Notes under the pieces: model-generated
The model's database searches: none
The model's input: only the letters and a program-made list of their open reading frames with translations
Told to the model about the DNA's origin: nothing
Assembly: GCA_963770935.1 (NCBI GenBank)
Contig: CAVYRJ010000003.1
Coordinates: forward strand, 22,223-86,222
DNA: 64,000 nt
Source: Candidatus Bathyarchaeota archaeon
GTDB taxonomy: Archaea; Thermoproteota; Bathyarchaeia; Bathyarchaeales; Bathycorpusculaceae
Reading direction: 5' to 3'
Part shown: in pieces, positions 50,991-61,599 of the stretch
Layout: the number at the start of each line of letters is the position of its first letter
Position numbering within the stretch: position 1 is the stretch's first letter
Program-made: the position numbers and the translations under genes

Positions 50991-52538
50991 ATGACCGATG
51001 TTGTGTTTGTCTTTGAAGTTCACCAGCCACATAGGCTAAGGCGAAACCTGTTCTGGGAAGGAAAAGCCTTCAGGCGACTATCCAAGGCGGATTTGTTCAA
51101 CTATTACTTTGATACCGAGGTTGACAGAGAAATCTTCAAGCGTGCGGCACGTAAATGCTATTTTCCCTCAAATCAAATTCTTCTCGACGTAATAGACCGA
51201 CACAAGCACGAGCTCAAACAAGCAAAATTCTCGTTTAGTGTTTCAGGCGTTTTCCTCGAACAATGCGAAATGTTCGACAAGGACCTGATTGAAAGCTTCA
51301 GGCAGCTAGCTGCATCGGGACGCGCAGAGTTTCTAAACCAAACCTACTACCACTCGATCTCCAGCCTCTACCCCGAAAAAGAAGAATTCATCGAGCAAGC
51401 AAAAATGCACAAACAAGCAGTTAAGGATCTGCTTGGTTATACGCCGCTTGTTTTCGAGAATACAGAGTTGCTCTACAACAACACAATCGCAAAAACTGTA
51501 GAGAGCATGGGCTACAAGGGCATCTACACTGAAGGAGTCGAAAAGATTCTTGGAGAAAAATCGTCAAATTATATTTACACTCCTAAAGGCACCAAAAAAA
51601 TCCGTGTGCTGCTTCGGAATTATAAGTTGACAGATGATATTGGCTTTAGGTTTTCGGCAAGATGGTGGCCAGAGTGGCCTTTAACCGCCGACAAGTATGC
51701 GAGGTGGTTGTCTGAAACCAAGGGTGAATGCATTAACATCTTCCCCGACTACGAAACCTTCGGCGAACATCATTGGCCAGAAACAGGCATTCACAGTTTC
51801 CTTCAACATCTACCCGACGAGATTCTGAGATTTGACAATTTGCAAATGGCTACTCCATCTGAGGTGGTGGATAAGCATGCTTCAGCTGGAGAAATCGATG
51901 TTCCAGAAGCTGGAGGCACGGTTTCTTGGGCAGATATTCAACGGGATCAGTCCGGTTGGCTTGGCAACGTTATGCAGTGGGCATACTACACGACATTGCG
52001 TAGGTTGGAGCCATTGATAAAGGAAGCAGACGATGGCGAGTTTCTAAAGTTGTGGCGTGACTTCCAAACAAGCGACCACCTATACTACATGTTTACTGCA
52101 GGGGGAGGACCGGGAGAAGTTCACTCGTACTTTAGTCCATATGAGTCTCCTATGGATGCATTTGTAGCAGCACAGACGCTGCTAAACGATTTTGAAACCA
52201 GACTTAGACTATCAATTTTAACAGCAAATGAGCCATTCATGTTCTATACTGGCGTTGGAAAAGACTGTTCCACTGGCACCATGGCTTGGAGCCTAAAAGG
52301 CTTCATCAAGGCAGTCAAAGAGGTAAATATCGAAGCAATAGAGTTCCATGTTGGCAACGGCGATTTTGAAAGTTGGGCGAAAAGTTCACTTAAAGACAAA
52401 AAATTAGCATCTGAACTTAAAGAATTCAAAACTTCAAAAGAATCAGGGGAGATTCTACGAAAAGCAATAGTTGATTCTGCAACAAAGCGTTACACTACCC
52501 AAAGTAAGGCTTTACAGGATGCAACCCAACTATTCTAA
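50991..52538 (+). CDS. GH57 glycoside hydrolase (alpha-amylase-like) with C-terminal DUF5752-like domain
   Basis: FEVHQP, TYYHS, ENTEL, DYETFGEH, QTSDH; C-terminal F.FY...A.SL..F...IEFH...GDFE.W. Confidence 0.9.
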   Translation: MTDVVFVFEVHQPHRLRRNLFWEGKAFRRLSKADLFNYYFDTEVDREIFKRAARKCYFPSNQILLDVIDRHKHELKQAKFSFSVSGVFLEQCEMFDKDLIESFRQLAASGRAEFLNQTYYHSISSLYPEKEEFIEQAKMHKQAVKDLLGYTPLVFENTELLYNNTIAKTVESMGYKGIYTEGVEKILGEKSSNYIYTPKGTKKIRVLLRNYKLTDDIGFRFSARWWPEWPLTADKYARWLSETKGECINIFPDYETFGEHHWPETGIHSFLQHLPDEILRFDNLQMATPSEVVDKHASAGEIDVPEAGGTVSWADIQRDQSGWLGNVMQWAYYTTLRRLEPLIKEADDGEFLKLWRDFQTSDHLYYMFTAGGGPGEVHSYFSPYESPMDAFVAAQTLLNDFETRLRLSILTANEPFMFYTGVGKDCSTGTMAWSLKGFIKAVKEVNIEAIEFHVGNGDFESWAKSSLKDKKLASELKEFKTSKESGEILRKAIVDSATKRYTTQSKALQDATQLF

Positions 52539-52605
52539 AGACAAGGTCTTGTAAGCGTTTATTAAGATAAGTTGGTGTACTCTCTGGTGGCATGGTGCGT
52601 TTAAA

Positions 52606-52857
52606 ATGAGAGATGAGCTTCCGTTTCCCGACAAGGTTTTACAGACACTGCACAATTTGTGCGCGACCGCCGCTGACTTAGCTCGGCGAGGCGAGGAAGT
52701 AGCACGACTTTTGCAGAAAGAGCCACACGAAATTGAAAATATTCTTGACCAGTACAAGTCTGAGGGGTTCGCTGAAAGTTTCTATGACAATGAAGGAAAA
52801 AAAAGGTATTACCTCAATGGACGAGGAATAATTAAAGTCTGCTCGCTCTTCACGTAG
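52606..52857 (+). CDS. Small winged-helix protein
   Basis: Helix-turn-helix then GFAE....G..RYYL...G wing. Confidence 0.65.
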   Translation: MRDELPFPDKVLQTLHNLCATAADLARRGEEVARLLQKEPHEIENILDQYKSEGFAESFYDNEGKKRYYLNGRGIIKVCSLFT

Positions 52858-52864
52858 TGGAAAT

Positions 52865-53494
52865 ATGCGCGCCGTAATTTTTTCTTGGGAGTATCCTCCA
52901 AGGGTGGTAGGTCAACTCTCCTTGTACGTAAGCGCCCTAACAACTCAACTTGCCAACAGTAAAGTGGATGTTAATGTTGTAACTTACGATGACTCAGCAA
53001 CTGGTCAAACGCAAGAACCCAGCGGCGTTAAAGCCTTCAGAGTAGCTAATCCCGTACGAAATCACATCGGCGTTTTAACATGGGTATTAACCTTAAATCA
53101 AGAAGTTGAACGAGCAGCAGCCAACATTTACTATGAATCACACAAACAAGTAGACCTAATAGACGTTTACGATTGGCATTTTATCCCAGCAGCAGTCACA
53201 TTGAAAAATGGCCTCGGCATCCCATTTGTTTACTCTGTTGAAAGCATAGAAGACCATCGTTCACCGAATGCAATCACATCTTACAATATGGCAATAAAAA
53301 GCATCGAGTGGCTTGGACTCTACGAGGCAACAAAAATAAGCGTAAAATCCGAATGGATGAAAAATGAGCTTGTTAGGATCTACAATATACCCATAGAAAA
53401 AATAACAGTTGTCTCAACGGAACCCAGCATCTGGATAAAAGAAATCCTGAAACTGTACCAAAGCGTGGCGGAGGTAAAGAAAAATGAAAAATAA
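52865..53494 (+). CDS. Stand-alone GT4 N-terminal domain protein
   Basis: SWEYPPRVVG, xDW; lacks the C-terminal EPFG/EAMA domain. Confidence 0.78.
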   Translation: MRAVIFSWEYPPRVVGQLSLYVSALTTQLANSKVDVNVVTYDDSATGQTQEPSGVKAFRVANPVRNHIGVLTWVLTLNQEVERAAANIYYESHKQVDLIDVYDWHFIPAAVTLKNGLGIPFVYSVESIEDHRSPNAITSYNMAIKSIEWLGLYEATKISVKSEWMKNELVRIYNIPIEKITVVSTEPSIWIKEILKLYQSVAEVKKNEK

Positions 53495-54686
53495 GTTAAG
53501 CGTCATGATGCTGAGTTGGGAGTATCCGCCAAGAGTAATCGGAGGCATATCACCCCACATCTACTTCTTATCCAAGCACTTAGCTAAACAAGACGTTAAA
53601 GTCTATGTGGTAACCTGTGATTTCCCAGGCGCGCCAGCCCATGAAGTAATTGACGGTGTAGAAGTCTACAGAATTGACTCCTACAAGAACCCCTCGCCCG
53701 ACTTTGCCACATGGGTTTACTTGATGAACATGAACATGCAGAAAGAAACAGCTATTCTGACACGAAAAATCGGCGACAAAATCGACGTTTTCCATGCGCA
53801 TGATTGGCTTGTGGCAAACGCAGGCATCGGCTTAAAGCATGTATTCAGAAAGCCCCTTTTGGTAACTATGCATTCAACTGAGATGGGACGAAGAGACGGC
53901 TTACATAACAACACTGAAAGAATGATTCATGAAACCGAAGCATGGCTTACCTACGAGGCTTGGAAGGTAATTTGTTGCAGCGACTACATGATTTCACACG
54001 TAAAATACGCATTCGGTTTGCCAAGCGACAAGCTTGTAATGGTTCCAAACGGAGTAAACATCCACTCCTATGACGGCAATGGAGATCTGAAGGATTTCCG
54101 AAGCAAGTTTGCTTTGCCTGAAGAAAAAATCGTTCTCTTCGTCGGACGCTTAGTTTACGAGAAAGGAATTCATGTCCTGATTAATGCTGTGCCAAAAATC
54201 CTCAGTAAAGTTGACGCAAAATTCATAATTGTCGGCAGCGGCTACATGAAAGAGCAGCTTCTAAACATCGTTCGAAGTATGGGCTTGGAGCATAAAGTGC
54301 TCTTTGAGGGCTTTATGGATGAGGCAACTTTGCTTAAACTGCAGAGGTGCGCGGATGTGTCAGTTGTGCCATCGCTGTTTGAACCGTTCGGCATCGTGGC
54401 GTTGGAGGCAATGGCTGCACAGAGCCCTGTAGTTGCATCCGACACTGGCGGCTTATCTGAAATCATCGAACATGACGTTTCAGGTGTTAAGGTTTACCCA
54501 AATAATCCTGATTCCTTAGCATGGGGGATAACCAAGGTTCTGCTCGACGCATCCTACGCCAAACAACTCAAAGACAACGCATACAAGCGAATCCAAGAAA
54601 AGTACGATTGGGAAAAAATCGCCCAACAAACCAAGCACATATACGAAGGCGTCTTAGGCGAATACTCCAAGAGCTTCTGGGCTTAA
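53484..54686 (+). CDS. GT4 glycosyltransferase
   Basis: WEYPP..IGG, HAHDW, HSTE.GR, EPFGIVALEAMA. Confidence 0.92.
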   Translation: MKNKLSVMMLSWEYPPRVIGGISPHIYFLSKHLAKQDVKVYVVTCDFPGAPAHEVIDGVEVYRIDSYKNPSPDFATWVYLMNMNMQKETAILTRKIGDKIDVFHAHDWLVANAGIGLKHVFRKPLLVTMHSTEMGRRDGLHNNTERMIHETEAWLTYEAWKVICCSDYMISHVKYAFGLPSDKLVMVPNGVNIHSYDGNGDLKDFRSKFALPEEKIVLFVGRLVYEKGIHVLINAVPKILSKVDAKFIIVGSGYMKEQLLNIVRSMGLEHKVLFEGFMDEATLLKLQRCADVSVVPSLFEPFGIVALEAMAAQSPVVASDTGGLSEIIEHDVSGVKVYPNNPDSLAWGITKVLLDASYAKQLKDNAYKRIQEKYDWEKIAQQTKHIYEGVLGEYSKSFWA

Positions 54687-54698
54687 CCGAAAGAATGG

Positions 54699-56039
54699 TT
54701 ATTGACCAATCACCCGAACATTTTCCACTTGAAGCCAAGGAGAAATTAACTGTCCCATCTGCCGCTCGTTACTGCCGACCACGCTTATGTTTTTGACTAA
54801 TTCAAAGATGTTACCTGCTAGCATCACTCCTCGGGAGCAATGAGTGATTTCTCCGTCTTTGATTTTCCATGCTGGGGTTGCAACGACTGAAAATTCGCCG
54901 CTGACAGGGTTGCTGCTGTGGGCGCCTTGCAGGTAGTAAACGATTAAGCCATCGTCCACTTCGCTTAGCATTTCCTCCTGGGTTTTGTTTCCGGGCATTA
55001 TGTGGAAGTTTGTGGTATCGATGCCAGGTGTTGACAAGTATCCAGCCCTTGAAGCGTTACCTGTGCTTTCTTTGCCATCCTTCTTTGCTGAATAGTTATC
55101 GTACAGGAAATTGCGCAGTACACCCTTCTCAATGACCGATGTTTTCTGATGAGGTACGCCTTCAGCGTCAAAAATCCCCGTGCGCAATCCACCTACAAGC
55201 AAGCCATCGTCGTAAATGGTCAGGTGTTCTGAAGCCACTTTTTCTCCGATTTTTCCCTTATACGGTGACTGGCCTCTTTGAACACTATCCGCTCTAATCG
55301 CGTTGATTAGTGTGTAGGCTAAAAGTTCCTGCAGTGCGAATTGTGTAAGGATTACTTTGCCTGATTTGGTTTCTACTGGTTTGGTTTTTAGGGCTGAAAC
55401 TGCCATTTTTGCGGCTTGTTTTCCAACCCATGCAGGATCAATGTCATAGTTTCTTGCGGCGTTGAACTCGAAGCATACGGGTGTAACGGTGTTGTTTTCT
55501 TTGGCTAACGTTGCCACACTGCATTCAATAATTGTTCCTTTATCGAAGCCTGTTATACCGTTTGAGTTGGCGATCGCGTCAGATATGTAACCTCTACCGA
55601 CGCCGCCTTCGATGGGGAAAACACGTTTGTCCACTTGTCCAGTGGCATCCAGCATAGTCGCGGCAATTTGGACCAGGTCTTCTGAGTTTAATGCGACGAT
55701 TTTTTTGTCAAATGTCTTTGCAGTCGCCCCGTAAGGTTTCTTTTGTGGAAGTCCATTCCAGTCGGGATCAGGTTTGCTTGCTCTTGCCGCACTCAACGCG
55801 CTGGCAACAGCTTTCTCAATTGCTTCTGCATCTGTCACGATGTTTGTGTAGGCAAACCCGATGGCCTTGTTGGCAACTACTCTTATGCCTAAGCCGCGGT
55901 CAATTATCCTGTTGGTTTTACTAATTTGTCCCAGTTCAATTCCAATGTTTGAGGTTTGTCCCTCGTAAACGTAGGCTTCAGCTTCTGCCGCGCCCAAGGT
56001 GAGTGCTGCCTTAACAGCGTTCTCAGCTAAACTTATCAT
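54699..56039 (-). CDS. PmbA/TldE family protein
   Basis: FDAEG, STGNA.R, SGEFS, AGNIF; lacks HExxxH. Confidence 0.9.
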   Translation of the reverse strand: MISLAENAVKAALTLGAAEAEAYVYEGQTSNIGIELGQISKTNRIIDRGLGIRVVANKAIGFAYTNIVTDAEAIEKAVASALSAARASKPDPDWNGLPQKKPYGATAKTFDKKIVALNSEDLVQIAATMLDATGQVDKRVFPIEGGVGRGYISDAIANSNGITGFDKGTIIECSVATLAKENNTVTPVCFEFNAARNYDIDPAWVGKQAAKMAVSALKTKPVETKSGKVILTQFALQELLAYTLINAIRADSVQRGQSPYKGKIGEKVASEHLTIYDDGLLVGGLRTGIFDAEGVPHQKTSVIEKGVLRNFLYDNYSAKKDGKESTGNASRAGYLSTPGIDTTNFHIMPGNKTQEEMLSEVDDGLIVYYLQGAHSSNPVSGEFSVVATPAWKIKDGEITHCSRGVMLAGNIFELVKNISVVGSNERQMGQLISPWLQVENVRVIGQ

Positions 56040-56049
56040 AGTGTTTTTT

Positions 56050-57453
56050 TCAAGCACTGCCACCGACAACCACCTTGCTAATTCTAATGTGCGGACCCCC
56101 ATCACTAATAAAAGCTGTCTGACCCTTGCCGCACCGACCAGGATCCAACAGAAAATCCTTACCTACGCCATTGACTTGGTGCAGTGTTTCAAGGGTGTTT
56201 CCGCTTATTGATGCGTTGCGAACTGGTGCGCCGACTTTGCCGTTCTCTATTTCGTAGCCTTCTTGAATGCCTACTTGGAAAGTGCCATCCAGGTTAGCTT
56301 GCCCGCCCCTAAAACTTTTAAAATAATAACCCGACTTCACATCCTCGATTAATTCTTCAAAAGTTTGGTCTCTTGGTGCCATGTAAGTGCATCTCATCCT
56401 GATGATGGGTTCCACGCGGAAATCTTCAGCTCGAGCGTTCCCTGTGAGTTGTGCGTTGAATTTCTGTGCGGTTTCACGGTTATGCATTAAGCCCGTTACG
56501 ACGCCGTCTTTTATGAGCAATGTTTTGTGGGATGGAACGCCTTCGTCGTCGTACTTGAATGCTCCAAATGCGCCGTCAATTGTGCCATCATCGTAGAATG
56601 TTACTAAGTTAGAGCCAATTTTTTTCCCAAAATTGTTCGCCAACACACCTCCTGAGAGAGCCAAATCTGCCTCAGCTAAATGTCCAAACGCCTCATGCAC
56701 GAAAACCCCGACAACACTTGGTCCCAAAACAACGGGGAACTTTCCGCCCTTTGGGGATTTGGCGCTTAGCTGTTCGATAGCACGTTTCGCAACTTTTTCT
56801 CCCAGTGCTTCAGGGGTTTGTTCATTGAATAACTCGTAGCCTTTTGTGGAGCCGATTTCTTCTTTGCTAAAAGTGAAGATGCCCTCGTTTTGGGCTGAAG
56901 CGGTTATTCTTGCCCAAACAACCAACTTCTCCTGTTCAATGCTTGAGCCTTCACTATTAACAAAAAAGCTAGACCCGGTTAAATCAAAATAGTCAACCGA
57001 ACAACTTTTAATCCTTTTATCAAAATCCAAACTCGCTTTGTTTAATCGAAGGGTAGTTTTTATTTTTTCTTCCATCTGAATGTCGGCTGGATTCTTTTTT
57101 GGCTTCAACAAAACGCGGTCCTCAACAGCTTTTGCAGGTGCAAGTTTAATCGGAGTTTTCAGCCTTGCACTTGCCAATTTAGCCATCCTGCAAGCATCCG
57201 AAGCAGCTTCCTCCAAAATCACGTTATCCAGCGAGCCAACAGAAGCAAAACCCCATGCACCATTCACCAGCACACGGATGGCTACGCCGTTTTCGATACC
57301 TTGTTTGGCAGCTTCAACGCGTTCCTCTTTTAGGGTGAGGGCTGTTTTGTAGAGTTTTTGGGCTCGGGCTTCTGCGTATTGGGCGCCAAACTTTTGGGTG
57401 GCTATGTTGTTGATTTTGGTAAGAAGCTCTTTCAATGTAATCGGTCCTTTCAA
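56050..57453 (-). CDS. TldD family metalloprotease
   Basis: HEAFGH..E.D, YDDEG, TGNAR, G.CGKGQ, GGPH. Confidence 0.92.
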   Translation of the reverse strand: MKGPITLKELLTKINNIATQKFGAQYAEARAQKLYKTALTLKEERVEAAKQGIENGVAIRVLVNGAWGFASVGSLDNVILEEAASDACRMAKLASARLKTPIKLAPAKAVEDRVLLKPKKNPADIQMEEKIKTTLRLNKASLDFDKRIKSCSVDYFDLTGSSFFVNSEGSSIEQEKLVVWARITASAQNEGIFTFSKEEIGSTKGYELFNEQTPEALGEKVAKRAIEQLSAKSPKGGKFPVVLGPSVVGVFVHEAFGHLAEADLALSGGVLANNFGKKIGSNLVTFYDDGTIDGAFGAFKYDDEGVPSHKTLLIKDGVVTGLMHNRETAQKFNAQLTGNARAEDFRVEPIIRMRCTYMAPRDQTFEELIEDVKSGYYFKSFRGGQANLDGTFQVGIQEGYEIENGKVGAPVRNASISGNTLETLHQVNGVGKDFLLDPGRCGKGQTAFISDGGPHIRISKVVVGGSA

Positions 57454-57505
57454 AAATAGAATTGTTTGGGAGAAATAAACAATTTGTTTCGGAAATGGCT
57501 ATCTT

Positions 57506-58804
57506 TTACCAAAAATCAGTCATACTCTTCTGCTTGACAATCGGCTCAAGGAGTTTGGGCTTAAGTTTAATTGGTATCGGTGAATCGATATCTAAAACAA
57601 GTTGACCATACACACCGTCGTATCCTGGCGTAACTTTGGCTGTGCCATCCCTAACCTTAAGGATAGCTTGAGCAATTGGAACATCGACAACCTTTACTAA
57701 CTCATCTAAAGGTGCATCAATTAGTACACTGTATTCATCCCCGAATTTCTCGGTTAACAGATTATAGTTTTTCCAAACCGCTTGAGTTGAAGGCGAATCA
57801 GTTCCAAGCACCGTTGCAATGATTTCAGATAGTGGAAGCAACCGCAAAAACCCAGGCGCGCCCTTCCGTCTAAATCCTTCTGGTCGGTCAGCAAGTTCCT
57901 CAACGCGTTGTTCGACACCTTTAGTGAGGTTTCTTCTGCAAACTGGGCAAACGTTGCCGAATTTCTTGGCTTCTGATGATGAGAAGGAGACTTTGCAGTT
58001 TCGGTGCCCCGTCCAATGATATTTGCCGTAGGCTGGGTCAGTTTCTATTGTGAACTTGAAGTGCGAAGAATCGTTAGAGATTATTGCTTCAGTGACTTGT
58101 TCATAGCTGAATTCTTCTAATTCAAAAACGTTAGCTTCCCTGCCGATGCGCCATGGCCAAAAACTGTGGCAGTCACTGTTGGAAAGCAATGCATATCGGT
58201 CAAGTTTGCTTAGGCGCCAATTCATCGCTGGGTCAGATGACATGCCAGTTTCCAATGCATGGATATGTTTGGTCATGTCTTGGTAGCAGTCCTCTATTGT
58301 GTCAAAGCCGCTAAACGCTCCAAAGATACTAAACCAGGGTGTCCAAGCATGCGCAGGAAAAATCATGTTTTCGCTGCAAACTTCCATCACCTGCTCAACC
58401 AGTTGGGGGGCTGAGACATTGAGGATAGGTCTGCCATCTGAAGTTAAACTGCCGAAGTTTTGGAGGCGTTCATTGATTTGTTCCGCAGTTTCAAGCCACG
58501 GAGTAAGTATAACATGATGTACCTTTTTGGACTCACCCTTAAAATCGAAGATTGTGCAGACTTCAGTTTGCAGCATAAACCGTACATGAGAATCTGAGTT
58601 TGCTAACTTGTATAGACCTGAGTCCCCTTCAGGCATGAGTGTTTCGTTGATTTCTTTTAGCCATTGTGGATGGGTGAAGTCGCCTGTACCGATGAGGTTT
58701 AGACCCTTTATTTTTGCATATTTAGCAATTTCAGGTATTCTCATCTGCTCGCTTGTTGCTCGGCTATATTTACTGTGAATATGCAAGTCTGCTAGAACTC
58801 TCAT
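57506..58804 (-). CDS. Endonuclease Q (PHP domain plus zinc finger)
   Basis: DLHIHS.YSRATS, GTGD.THP, PAHAWTPW, SNSD.HS, GKYH..GH..C...CP.C, PGYDG.YG. Confidence 0.9.
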   Translation of the reverse strand: MRVLADLHIHSKYSRATSEQMRIPEIAKYAKIKGLNLIGTGDFTHPQWLKEINETLMPEGDSGLYKLANSDSHVRFMLQTEVCTIFDFKGESKKVHHVILTPWLETAEQINERLQNFGSLTSDGRPILNVSAPQLVEQVMEVCSENMIFPAHAWTPWFSIFGAFSGFDTIEDCYQDMTKHIHALETGMSSDPAMNWRLSKLDRYALLSNSDCHSFWPWRIGREANVFELEEFSYEQVTEAIISNDSSHFKFTIETDPAYGKYHWTGHRNCKVSFSSSEAKKFGNVCPVCRRNLTKGVEQRVEELADRPEGFRRKGAPGFLRLLPLSEIIATVLGTDSPSTQAVWKNYNLLTEKFGDEYSVLIDAPLDELVKVVDVPIAQAILKVRDGTAKVTPGYDGVYGQLVLDIDSPIPIKLKPKLLEPIVKQKSMTDFW

Positions 58805-58989
58805 GTTAATGCGCCATCTTAACGGTGGTTCTTTTCCATTTTAAGGCTTTGCTGAGTCAACTCAACAATTGTAAAAAGGGTTGACTATTATGGCTTCCAG
58901 CTGAGAGCACGAATTTTTTCAGACATTTGTTTCTCAATTTATGTGGCAACTGCAATATTCTTTTATTGTTGCGTAAAGCCTGTTATTCT

Positions 58990-59394
58990 ATGCATGAATG
59001 GGCGTTGGCTGAAGCTATTCTCAAATCTGCAGAGCAAATTGCTGAGCAGGAAAACTTGAAGGAAGTCACAGAAGTCACTATCAAGGTTGGTGAACTCCAG
59101 CAAGTTGAACCGCCGATTCTGCGTTTTGCACTCAACCAATTAAAGCAGGACATTCTAAAGAAAGCTAAATTTCGCATTTTGAAAGCTAAGTCAACCCTAA
59201 AATGCCGGGTTTGCGGGAACGCTTGGCAATTCAACTTCAAAAAACTTGACAAAGAAACCGCCGAGGCCATTCATTTTGTTCCAGAGGTAGCTCATACCTA
59301 TATTAAGTGTCCTAAATGTGGCAGTCCCGACTTTGAAATCGTCAGCGGACGTGGAGTTTGGCTTGAAAACGTAAAAGGAGTCAAATCGGCGTGA
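58990..59394 (+). CDS. hypA: Hydrogenase nickel-insertion protein HypA
   Basis: MHEWALA, VGELQ, CRVC...CPKCGS. Confidence 0.93.
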   Translation: MHEWALAEAILKSAEQIAEQENLKEVTEVTIKVGELQQVEPPILRFALNQLKQDILKKAKFRILKAKSTLKCRVCGNAWQFNFKKLDKETAEAIHFVPEVAHTYIKCPKCGSPDFEIVSGRGVWLENVKGVKSA

Positions 59395-60125
59395 CTGACC
59401 CGCGGACTAGCGTGATTAACGAGCGTTTAGCTTGGATAAGCAGAATTATAGCCGTTTCAAGCGGCAAAGGCGGCGTAGGCAAAAGCATGGTCGCAACAAC
59501 GCTAGCACTTACTCTTGCTAAAAACGGCTGCAAAGTAGGTTTATTCGACTTAGACTTCACAAGCCCCTCAACCCACATAATCCTTGGAGCAAAGAACGCT
59601 CAGCCTAAAGAGGAAAAAGGCCTAATCCCGCCAGTTGTTCAAGGCTTAGAATACATGTCGCTTATCTATTTTGTCGGTGACAACCCAGCTCCCCTTCGTG
59701 GAGCTGATGTTTCAAACGCGCTTATTGAACTTTTAGCAGTTACCCAATGGGGCAAACTTGATTATCTGGTGATTGATATGCCGCCTGGAATCGGCGATGC
59801 CATTCTGGATCTAGTTCGGCTGGTTAAGCGTATAGAGTTTCTAATTGTTACAACACCTTCATTGTTGGCGTTTGAAACAGTAAAAAAACAAGTAGCCCTG
59901 CTTTGTGAGCTCAAGATGCCTCTTATCGGCGTGATTGAGAACATGAAAATGGATAAGGCCCAAGGCGTTCAAATGGAAACTGAAAAGCTGAAGCTAAAGT
60001 ATCTTGGATCCATTCCTTTTGACCTGCAAGTTGAAGATTCAATCGGAAACACATCGAAACTTCTTAATTCGGCTGTTGGCAAAAAAATCCAGCAAATAAC
60101 AGACACCAACATAACAAAAGAGTGA
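59391..60125 (+). CDS. Mrp/MinD-family ATPase (probable Mrp-type HypB)
   Basis: SGKGGVGKS, DMPPG, IENM without the following CxxC; overlaps hypA. Confidence 0.8.
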   Translation: MTDPRTSVINERLAWISRIIAVSSGKGGVGKSMVATTLALTLAKNGCKVGLFDLDFTSPSTHIILGAKNAQPKEEKGLIPPVVQGLEYMSLIYFVGDNPAPLRGADVSNALIELLAVTQWGKLDYLVIDMPPGIGDAILDLVRLVKRIEFLIVTTPSLLAFETVKKQVALLCELKMPLIGVIENMKMDKAQGVQMETEKLKLKYLGSIPFDLQVEDSIGNTSKLLNSAVGKKIQQITDTNITKE

Positions 60126-60132
60126 CATTTAG

Positions 60133-60867
60133 ATGACGTGCAAAGCGATAATTTTTGATTATATCGGCACCTTGGTTAATTGCAAAAACTATACGATGGA
60201 TGCTTCAAAACAAAAACTCCACACCGCACTCACCGCTGAAGGCTTCGATGTTGCCAAAGACAATTTTTTGGAAGCATACAACTTGGCACATGAAAAATAC
60301 CGAAAAGTACGGTACGGACAAATGAAAGAAGTAACTAACGCTGTGTGGGTTGCGGAGGCTCTTTGCAATTTGGGCTTCAAGGTAAACGTGGATGACACTC
60401 GGGTTAAGACGGCTTTGAACGTTTTTTTCCAGGACTTTATCGATAGTCTAGAGCTAAGGGAAGGGGCAAAAAAGCTGGTTAAACAAGCAAAAGGGCATGG
60501 AAAGGTGGCGTTAATCTCAAACTTTACCCATGCACCAGTTATTTACAGTAGCCTTAGAAAAGTTGGGTTAAGCGAGCTCTTTAACGTAGTCGTGGTTTCG
60601 GAGGAAGTTGGTTGGAGAAAACCTTGCGGCCTTATATTCCAAAATGTTCTAAATAGGCTACAAATTGAAGCCTGTGAGGCAGTTTACATCGGCGACAGCC
60701 CAAACGAAGACATCAAAGGCGCCAAGCAAGCTGGATTAAAAACTGTTTTTGTTCCTTCTCAATTCAGTACTTTAAAAGATCTAGAGGAAAGCAAACAAGA
60801 ACCAGACCACATTGCCAAAGACCTAAAAGCCATCTGCCATGGTCTGAGTCAAATTCTTTCCTTCTAA
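60133..60867 (+). CDS. HAD-family hydrolase
   Basis: FDYIGTL, ISN, KP, GDS...DI.GA..AG. Confidence 0.88.
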   Translation: MTCKAIIFDYIGTLVNCKNYTMDASKQKLHTALTAEGFDVAKDNFLEAYNLAHEKYRKVRYGQMKEVTNAVWVAEALCNLGFKVNVDDTRVKTALNVFFQDFIDSLELREGAKKLVKQAKGHGKVALISNFTHAPVIYSSLRKVGLSELFNVVVVSEEVGWRKPCGLIFQNVLNRLQIEACEAVYIGDSPNEDIKGAKQAGLKTVFVPSQFSTLKDLEESKQEPDHIAKDLKAICHGLSQILSF

Positions 60868-60995
60868 GGCACTGATTCGTTTTCTTGTGGCATGGTCACT
60901 TGAGGTAGTAGGCGTTTGCTAATCAAGTAAGCGCTCGCAAAAGTTTTATACACCCTTAACCCAAAGAAGAGTCTATTCATTGGAAGAGAGAAAAT

Positions 60996-61523
60996 ATGTA
61001 TCAACAAAACCAAGTTCAAAACAAACCCACAGCAGCATATGTACTATCCTTGCTCGGAGGAATAATCGGACTACTAATATCATTAGCGTTCATTGGTCTT
61101 GGCGCACTTGCATACTCTGCATTCAGCTCATACACAGACTATTACGGCTTCGCTGATCTAGGAGCGTTCGGTTGGGGTTGGGGAACCCTGATTGGTGTGG
61201 GCGCTTGGATGCTCATAACATCCATACTCGTCATTGTCTTTGCAGGCAAACTCAAAGCCAACCCACTAGAACACAGCAAATGGGGCGCCCTCATCCTCGT
61301 ATTCTCCATCATCGGCGTCGGGGGACTGCTGGGATTCATAGGCGGCATACTCGCACTTGTCTACAAACCCATACTTGTCGGCGCACAACCACAATACGGA
61401 CCACCACAACAGCAATATGCACCACCACCACAACAACCAGCCACAAATGTTTGTCCACAATGCGGACGAATCGTCCAAGCAAACGAACGTTTTTGCCCCA
61501 ACTGCGGAAAACAACTATACTAA
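60996..61523 (+). CDS. Membrane protein with Pro/Gln linker and C-terminal zinc ribbon
   Basis: Three TM segments, PQYGPPQQQYAPPP, CPQCG...FCPNCG. Confidence 0.78.
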   Translation: MYQQNQVQNKPTAAYVLSLLGGIIGLLISLAFIGLGALAYSAFSSYTDYYGFADLGAFGWGWGTLIGVGAWMLITSILVIVFAGKLKANPLEHSKWGALILVFSIIGVGGLLGFIGGILALVYKPILVGAQPQYGPPQQQYAPPPQQPATNVCPQCGRIVQANERFCPNCGKQLY

Positions 61524-61599
61524 ACCAAAAAGCAAACCTTTTTGGAAACCAACTTTTTTCATTTCCGTCGCGCTTGAAAATAACAAAAAGAAAAGAAAA

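Noticed and set aside
57359-57366. TGGGCTCG, complement of the missing tRNA 3' acceptor strand
   Set aside because: Inside the tldD coding sequence with no T-arm; coincidence.
61385-61445. CCA/CAA-rich quasi-repeat
   Set aside because: Encodes the Pro/Gln linker of a membrane protein; not a repeat array.
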